The position numbers were made by a program, and so were the translations under genes. Of a stretch of 64,000 nt of DNA, positions 58,901 to 64,000 are shown in pieces; the stretch's first letter is position 1; each line of letters opens with the position of its first letter. This stretch comes from a virus: IMG/VR virus record IMGVR_UViG_3300024261_000005; one strand, given 5' to 3'. The notes under the pieces were generated by a model that was not told where the DNA came from, did no database searches, and saw only the letters and a program-made list of their open reading frames with translations.

Positions 58901-60389
58901 AGCGTTGCATCAAATTGAATGCTGTGGGAGTCAAATCGCCACTCTTTGTTCGCAATGATTCAACATGACCAACGACACGGGTTCTATTAAGATCAAATGG
59001 ATCTACAAATCTAGAGGTTAAAGTTTGCGCACCTGAAGTACCCCCGTAACCTTCCTGTGTGTACTGCAGTATAGCTTTAGTTACTTGTTCTCTATCTTTG
59101 GCTGCAAAATGTTCTAGTCCTGCAATCTTATGTATATTGGACTGCAAGGTTCTGGAAGATGCAATTGCAGATTGCAAATCTTGATCGATTAGCGAGACTA
59201 CCTTACCGTTCACAGTTCTAGTTTCATTCAAACCTTCCATCATTGCTCTGGGTGCTTCAATGGACATTGATCTAATATAATCGTTGTATTGATTTATATT
59301 TCTAGTACTAAAATTCTGTAGTGATGTTCTGTTTTCTCTTAGTAATTGGAACAAGTGGTCTTCTAATGAAACGGTGGCTTTCTTAATTGCGTCGTCTGCA
59401 CTTATTCCTCCTGGTCTAGATAATCTCTTCAAATCCAGTTCAGGGAATAACTTGGTGGCGTCAATAACACCACCAGCTGTTTGGTATCTTGTTGATAAAT
59501 TTTCAGTTCCCCTGATAATTTTAGCACCAGTTTCTCCGTGTTCTTGCAAGTCCAATGCTACATTCTGATATCTGCCTCCAGCATGCTGTATTCGAGCATA
59601 TACTGAAAGCTGCCCGCTCGTTTTTGCTTTGCCACCAAACTCATCAATTGAAACAAGGCTAATATTCTTAGCACCAGGAACCATATTTTTAAGTTCAGCA
59701 AACTTCTTCTTCCCAACAACAGACAGGCTGTCTTCCCTAGCAGACTTCCAGCTTACTGTACTTGTTCCTTCAGCTGTAAAGTCTTTCATGACGGAGTCGA
59801 ATTGACCTCTAGTCTTTAATGCGGAACTATGCTGCCTTTTAAAGGCTTCAAGCCTTGGGCCACTTGTCTCTATGTTTTGCTTATAGAACTGTATCGCCGT
59901 ATTCTTATCGTTCTCCTCAATAGTGCCCCCTTTGCCTACACCCTCATAAAGGTTTTCAATTGATGCTTTTAAGCTACTAGAGTCATCTACTAGCTCATCA
60001 CTAGCACTATCAAATAGCGCTGATAAGAACGCTCGCGCACCTTCTGCATCACCCCCCTGCTTAAATAACTCCTCTAACTTATCGTCACTTAGTATAGTAG
60101 TTTTAAACTTCTCTAGACTGGTTCTCTTGCTGGCGTCGAGTATAGCTTTTAATTCATCTGCGTCGCTTCTGAGGGCACGTCCAGCAGCACCAAGCTCATT
60201 GCCTGATGCGGAGGAGTTTTTTAAAACTCCATATGTTTTTTTAACTCCACCAGTTAAGTTTATGTTCTTGTTCAGGTAATACGCCGTTCCAGCAACAGCA
60301 ACACCGCTAAGTAGCGTTCGCCCACTATTCCTTATTTCCTGTTTTTCATTCTCTCTAGTTTGCTCATTTAACAGATTTATTAGTGACAT
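52947..60389 (-). CDS. Giant virion protein, candidate single-chain two-barrel RNA polymerase with ComEA-like HhH domain
   Basis: 2480 aa; RFP 34 aa before DYDAD; upstream K-x6-K pair; IDINKAS...KGIGPK HhH domain. Confidence 0.6.
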   Translation of the reverse strand: MSLINLLNEQTRENEKQEIRNSGRTLLSGVAVAGTAYYLNKNINLTGGVKKTYGVLKNSSASGNELGAAGRALRSDADELKAILDASKRTSLEKFKTTILSDDKLEELFKQGGDAEGARAFLSALFDSASDELVDDSSSLKASIENLYEGVGKGGTIEENDKNTAIQFYKQNIETSGPRLEAFKRQHSSALKTRGQFDSVMKDFTAEGTSTVSWKSAREDSLSVVGKKKFAELKNMVPGAKNISLVSIDEFGGKAKTSGQLSVYARIQHAGGRYQNVALDLQEHGETGAKIIRGTENLSTRYQTAGGVIDATKLFPELDLKRLSRPGGISADDAIKKATVSLEDHLFQLLRENRTSLQNFSTRNINQYNDYIRSMSIEAPRAMMEGLNETRTVNGKVVSLIDQDLQSAIASSRTLQSNIHKIAGLEHFAAKDREQVTKAILQYTQEGYGGTSGAQTLTSRFVDPFDLNRTRVVGHVESLRTKSGDLTPTAFNLMQRYGHLDRSLLPQTARGSQLHGRPEVATGFDGSTPDSTFGQRSRVKVMQEKAHLAKLVKEEELLESRVASAPNPFWERSKLKKKQKEIAAYKAGIPAGGGIKVSGTGSELIGVTSDAKLGKHARGVNMGAIMLFKGRENTAKLGLAEGMSYMGGTIQVKQDISKTVNREGLGQSKLMTKLLEARRDDTQKFLTIGSTIDGDDFDIDDFFKQFGDSEGRAVLGRQDDRVVHIKKHQGLRRFTLGLSEKSMETNRDRYHIIGKIEQDVSHSKLFSALAKDTTLTISQRSMINKLSSLGLEDVGEAFFDPSRFGGKIANTLLTTTAQVEKSGTYLRTQIHGGMRMLGMDEDILMKQLEATNDGDKLLAEVNSRLKGATITSLDQATVKQREAGTLGKFFETIAERAGKEGISADNFGLVLSLAHDRAVNSKHGMDLEYFQNKIKAGLETAGITGAEADNYLKKTGEMAKQGVVIGAASATAGTPHTNLARNTAKAEPRFANYLYTSLRGFWGMDSKEATGYLSSYMMRMEGFEDRASGLIGMKVAQESLGQASAENIQEQISGLKDVRTMSREEVTNLLELGQGEERQVVSKLSEVKSGNIINLEDMGLSKDALSKLYEQTGGKKEIFLPGEDTFKGFIGHEIKSSQETIKIEAEYGRNVTDLLSSLSGLKDAGEDADQIDSAMKGFATVRKSLSKVAGAAVKHSLSGRVTGSGSYMGGGFTLGKTPGKHMEGTVFSDNLFINAKINRSLTEVVNQEKGYVAFLDQQAFLDGMTKYESALSKHLTQQGSTSVKEESRKLMNQTLKDFFLGMHRAKKTGTSGTTIRNPLMGFAHVWASMGLYQYDFTDKLKPLELLRNKPGQERTDDYKAHLKEVRKLAKQPRVDALLENHEKINTVEKRSNIYDRRDQISTEYEKLQGDELDNYREHRRLLNQEKGEIKQGGYEQYMERKRALYKGEAGDSYSIERDQRKMGVLDRELDNAHNRRLHREGKLIDEIDETRLTKRGVETKLASDEMRELSEQRRLYNAMTSGDPLLKQSPGKLEAVEEELEVLNKLMKKQEKQLNDVRGQLAKDEFNVDYYGRKILGGDDVSLGNVQKSVEEIYEETLHDLGKDFAGERKEKTTMAPGPTGRKIKVPLKVDGVIQYEKDYRYRYFENRDEASHFLNRMGSFFGLNAEGFTSQRSTYQVTQFDKINDALGETFEKEGSANGKTYRANEVERLNTRMGGEGKEKFNRKIERIQYGTYVEDVKGAASTRHARIDINKASKKQLLETLKPSRGKAISSEVADNIIAARKKEKFKSFDDLQSRVKGIGPKAIEANQDRIAFAPKVSRINAFEQLTGVVNPRFGREQVSPEDDFFLNRIRHREIEAELNRMHDPQDKTYGQLHKRDEKIKALQAEQAEIKETLAPIKDLKGEDSLDMKLSEVERLQMEKHPSVKDAAEFTGEKLQGAEYVDKDLRILDEFHGGSVTKGSHLAEIEQKINRGEANADVEDAFGRIFHKMYGAHQEFGEHGGGTIRFPQIELDMDIENKATGVVSKYSGRMDFTRFGIGDYDADPYQVFFDTDKTLRNKISAGHVNPEKMITYGAEFLSSMHVLGEGVEKLGERMGASKLTLAQSLVDEFQKEQIVKGIGGLDVQVKAGMLGLAQAAADDTGGDFGDQFKRIKAGAALISVAQEVLGIKGKKLPIAADISREYMTALKTSFESGEGSAIKSFFQEKIFKGTILEGPDADLSIKMSSVKFNNIAEGDATASFKRGLENVNLSVQEMFDSWDAMSANVKKHNLNKFTSSSGIGNMLESSSRFSHEQLFQLLNRGHSMEGGLITGDIEALQDIFTRAESAKQTLAASISRGKGLAGVIAGGLLASYAIGANQEIGSLEPGAKFSDRTSREALKAGESLSQRAVQQNFSREHKQPSPSRIAGADNFYERPINSGVSTVSLNRSIRMFGEAPNLSAAQSMGKHFVSSGGQASLTINDNRRPIGNAYMNKMMRD

Positions 60390-60394
60390 ATTAT

Positions 60395-63300
60395 CTAACC
60401 TCTTATAGCTAAGCTTAACATTGAAAGAATTTCAGAACTTCTATCATCATTATAATATATTTCTGCTCTACTATTCTCATATGGAGCATGAGAAGTATTA
60501 ACAAGCATTCTACTAAAATCCAGTCCAGTGGAATTTTTCATTCCTCGCACCAGTCTATTTCTAGCGGAGTTTCTGGACGGACCTGGGTTTTCGTACATAA
60601 ACATGTCAGAACCTTCTAAGAATGGACGCCTGGACGCTCTACGCACCTGTGAGTTCCATACGTCATAGTCATGCGTTTCGGCACCACTGTTATCTATGTA
60701 CTTGACTTTCACATCTTCCATGTCAACGTCTTTGTGCCATCCGATCCAGTCAGGTGGCGGCAAGGGCTGGTTTATAAAATGGTCTTCGACCTCAGAAAGT
60801 TTATCGAACATGTAGTTCTGATCTATTGAGCCTTTTGGATCTGCACCTATTAGAGACATCTTCTCGCCAGAATCCATCCGATTCCACACAGAGGTATATA
60901 AATGCTTCTGATCTTCAGGCACTAACTCTAATATTCTTTCTCGATCTTTTCCAGATGCATTCGCAAACGAATCAAAGAAGCGCTTCTCCGCATTAGGTAG
61001 CGACAAATAAAGCCCTAGAGCGTCTCCATTTGGGTTGACGCCAGTCCTGGTTTGACCAGCCATACGCATATAACGTGTTTTGTCATTTGCGTTTTCTGCA
61101 TTCTGAGCTAGCTTCATGTATTTTAAAAATTGTAATTTATCGAAATGCTCGTCCAGTTCTTCTCTTTTTTGAACGTGCATTGGTTTTCCATCCCAGCCCA
61201 TTAAATTCGCAGCGCTATAAAATGCTGGTCGGAACCAATCCCTTACATGCTTGTCCCAAAATGCATTAGTAGTCCCATATATTCTCTCTTGTTCATAAGT
61301 CTCAATTGCAGAGCGAGTTCTACCCAGTAGCTTCTGAGTAGGCCTGAAGCCGCCTGGCATTAAGTATTCAACTGGAGCAGTAACTTTTCGAATTATAGAT
61401 TCTGCACCTTGATACATTGATTTCGTTATGTCAGAAACCACGGGTATCTTGATCGCATTCTTGGCGTAATCAAAATCTCTCGTTGAAGCTAGTCGTTTTT
61501 GATGTGCCTCTGATGCATTGTCCAGTATCCTGTTTTCAAGCTCCGTCGTTAAGCCTGCAGCTCTTCGCTCCATAAGTTGATTTCGAAGCCGCATAGTCTC
61601 TCTGGACTTAGATGATAAATCAGATAGTATTTTATACTTGTGTACGTCTGGGTAGTCTTCAGGATCCATTCCCTTTAACTCAGGATTTAAAGCCTCGTAT
61701 GCCTTTCCTGGCATTCTTGCGAACCCGTTTGGTATCGACCTGTAAGGGTCGCCCCTCTTGTAGCGTGCTGGCATCCAAGATGGCATTGTATTAGCGATTG
61801 GATTGTACTTTTCGATATCTGATCTTGGTCTAGGAAGCATTCGCCTTATAGGCTCTGAGGTGAATGCCATGCCACCAAGATCCATATCCCAATAATCTAA
61901 AATTGCAGAGTCCATATCGGACGAACTAGCCATCATGAATTCTCTAGTACCAACAGTCTCTCTTCCTGTTACTAATTTTTGTAAATAGTTTTTAGTGTAC
62001 CCAGTGAGGCCTTCAATCTCTCTAAATTGATATTGCATACCCCCAATCATTGAAGTCATTGAATATGGACTTTTAGGGGTGCCTGGACCTATTTGACCAA
62101 GATCTGAACTTGAACCAAACTCTTGTAAAAATGCTGTCTCTCTCACTCCTCCTGAATTTATTTGCGACAGTTCTTCTTCATGCATTAACTTCGGTGGCTT
62201 TATTATCCTGCCAATAGTATTTGAAAGTATCCCTCCTAGGACGGGGACGTCTTCAAATGCAGCACCTGAAATTGGATAAGGCCTATCGTAATAGTTCTTC
62301 TCTTCAAGATGGTAAGTGAAGTTCTTCAAGAAAAATCTAGTTAATGGTGAATGCTCATCGGTTTCATCCCCCCAGACAGCTCTTTCTTTTGCTTGGGTCA
62401 TTAAGGATACGTATGCGTGCGGTCTAAAATAACTTGTTTCGTTTCCCTCTAACGGGGTTCCACCACCTTCCCACCAGCGACCCTTTTTAATTTCAACTAA
62501 TTTCTTTCCTGAATAAATCTCTTTTAATTCATCAGGATTCTCCATCGTACCTAACAACCCTCCTGTTAGGAGTTGGTGTGCTCCAGCGACGCCTAAGAAT
62601 AACGCGCCAAATCTCCTAAAGATTGGCGAGGCATTTAACCCCTTGGCAAACTCATCATAAGTCTTAGTAACCTCGTCTCCACCTATGTTTCTAGTTACTT
62701 CCCCTTTCATGGATGCGCCGAAAAACGAATGATATATCTCTGCGCCAAAGATCTCAGTTCGCCTTAACATATTATCAAGTAGAGATCCGCCTTGATATTT
62801 ATTATTTATAATTTCAATTCTATCAAGTAGAGATCTATTTAGATCATTCTTATTATGGTATTCATCGAAAAAGGCTGATCCGACTTTAGCATCCATGGAG
62901 TAATTGAAGTCTAGTATCCTTTTTTCAATTTCAGAAGTATCGGTTATACCTGCACCTTTAAAAAGATCTTTATTTTTGTTAAAGAAATTCATTAAATCTT
63001 TTGTTTGCGTTTTACTGAGATCGGCCTTCCCTTTTCCATCCAAGATGTCATTCACTCGACGAGTGTAGTCCATATACTGTGGGGAAGTTTCGGAAATACC
63101 ACCTAGTTCTTTGGCCAGTGGATTGTATTTTTGAAATGTTTCGTTAAACTCCCCGCCAATCTTAACTGGCGTTAAGGCATCGTATACCTCGCTAGCATTT
63201 ATTTGAGCTTTTGTTAATGGAATCTTTATATCCCCTGAAGCACCACTAACAAAGCCAACCCGATCTTTAACTAGCTGTGGAAGCAATTTACTTGCGAACT

Positions 63301-64000
63301 CATCAACTTGAGTCAAGTTGCTTGCAGCACTTCTCTTCAGGAAGTTCTGTCCATACCCCTTGTACGAAAGCGCAGCAACACCTAATCCTAAAAACAGACT
63401 AGTAGAGGTATCTGTGAATCCCGGAAGCACACCCTCTATACCTCGCTTGAGATAGGACATCCCTGTGATTTGCCCAAGGTAAGATCTGCCAACATCTACA
63501 TTTACTGCTGTAGTGGCAAGCCCTTCGATAACACCTTTGTCAAATCCTGGCATTAGCATTTGTGCTAAGAATGCAGCACCACCAACTTTCATTGGAGCGA
63601 TCTTTGGACTGCCTTTCGCCATCTTACTGTACAGATAGCCAACTCCAGCAGCAACTCCAGCAGAAGCAACTGCATTCCCACCAAGACCATAATTCCTTCT
63701 ATAGTGGTCTATAGTTTGCAACCCTATAGCTGCTGCACCAATTTTACTTGCCTTGTAGCCTATTTCAAAGAACTGCTTATAAAACGGTCCAGGCTTCGTG
63801 GAGAGACCCAGACCTGTAGCTTCCCCAAAGTCTCCTAGTACTTTTCCAAAAACTGGTATCTGTTCTTTCGTTGCTGATATCAGCCTATTAAATCTGTTGA
63901 GTCCTGTTGAAAGGTAAGCTGTTGCAAGCGAGGTGCGTCTTCTCAAATCGCCAAGCGTTGAGAAGGCTCCTCTTGTTGAAGCTACCAGACCTAAGCGCTC
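60395..64000 (-). CDS. Large virion protein (tape-measure/ejection-like), 5' end outside the window
   Basis: The frame stays open from 63946 to 64000 (ERLGLVASTRGAFSTLGD...), so the true start is beyond the window; Gly/Ala-rich hydrophobic helices. Confidence 0.65.
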   Translation of the reverse strand, partial: ERLGLVASTRGAFSTLGDLRRRTSLATAYLSTGLNRFNRLISATKEQIPVFGKVLGDFGEATGLGLSTKPGPFYKQFFEIGYKASKIGAAAIGLQTIDHYRRNYGLGGNAVASAGVAAGVGYLYSKMAKGSPKIAPMKVGGAAFLAQMLMPGFDKGVIEGLATTAVNVDVGRSYLGQITGMSYLKRGIEGVLPGFTDTSTSLFLGLGVAALSYKGYGQNFLKRSAASNLTQVDEFASKLLPQLVKDRVGFVSGASGDIKIPLTKAQINASEVYDALTPVKIGGEFNETFQKYNPLAKELGGISETSPQYMDYTRRVNDILDGKGKADLSKTQTKDLMNFFNKNKDLFKGAGITDTSEIEKRILDFNYSMDAKVGSAFFDEYHNKNDLNRSLLDRIEIINNKYQGGSLLDNMLRRTEIFGAEIYHSFFGASMKGEVTRNIGGDEVTKTYDEFAKGLNASPIFRRFGALFLGVAGAHQLLTGGLLGTMENPDELKEIYSGKKLVEIKKGRWWEGGGTPLEGNETSYFRPHAYVSLMTQAKERAVWGDETDEHSPLTRFFLKNFTYHLEEKNYYDRPYPISGAAFEDVPVLGGILSNTIGRIIKPPKLMHEEELSQINSGGVRETAFLQEFGSSSDLGQIGPGTPKSPYSMTSMIGGMQYQFREIEGLTGYTKNYLQKLVTGRETVGTREFMMASSSDMDSAILDYWDMDLGGMAFTSEPIRRMLPRPRSDIEKYNPIANTMPSWMPARYKRGDPYRSIPNGFARMPGKAYEALNPELKGMDPEDYPDVHKYKILSDLSSKSRETMRLRNQLMERRAAGLTTELENRILDNASEAHQKRLASTRDFDYAKNAIKIPVVSDITKSMYQGAESIIRKVTAPVEYLMPGGFRPTQKLLGRTRSAIETYEQERIYGTTNAFWDKHVRDWFRPAFYSAANLMGWDGKPMHVQKREELDEHFDKLQFLKYMKLAQNAENANDKTRYMRMAGQTRTGVNPNGDALGLYLSLPNAEKRFFDSFANASGKDRERILELVPEDQKHLYTSVWNRMDSGEKMSLIGADPKGSIDQNYMFDKLSEVEDHFINQPLPPPDWIGWHKDVDMEDVKVKYIDNSGAETHDYDVWNSQVRRASRRPFLEGSDMFMYENPGPSRNSARNRLVRGMKNSTGLDFSRMLVNTSHAPYENSRAEIYYNDDRSSEILSMLSLAIRG

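Noticed and set aside
43829-61794. Numerous short + strand ORFs antisense to the giant genes
   Set aside because: They are fully nested shadows of long coding frames with no recognisable motifs.
1-64000. Stop-codon reassignment, as found in some jumbo phages
   Set aside because: Standard-code ORFs tile the window densely, reach 3287 aa, and use TAA, TAG and TGA as real stops.

Overview
This is a gene-dense 64 kb segment of a large, probably jumbo, contractile-tailed dsDNA phage that uses the standard genetic code. No rRNA, tRNA or CRISPR array was seen. The + strand (1-18.9 kb) carries two tail-fibre-like genes (one a long collagen), an intrinsic terminator, and a replication/recombination block. 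That block contains the C-terminal half of a DNA polymerase III alpha subunit starting with a cyanobacterial-type split-intein C fragment, an HTH-metallophosphoesterase, a Cas4-like exonuclease, a DnaG-DnaB primase-helicase, a membrane coiled-coil pair, a Vsr/DUF559-like nuclease, ClpP and a Holliday-junction resolvase. The - strand (18.9-64 kb) is one long virion operon: fibre and baseplate proteins, baseplate J, a gp25-like protein and three giant proteins. The two best leads are (1) the 2480-aa protein, which has motifs of a single-chain two-barrel RNA polymerase (RFP...GDYDAD) plus a ComEA-type HhH domain and may be a virion-packaged RNAP, and (2) the orphan split-intein dnaE-c, whose N-half is not in the window. 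All functional calls come from reading motifs by eye; no database searches were run.
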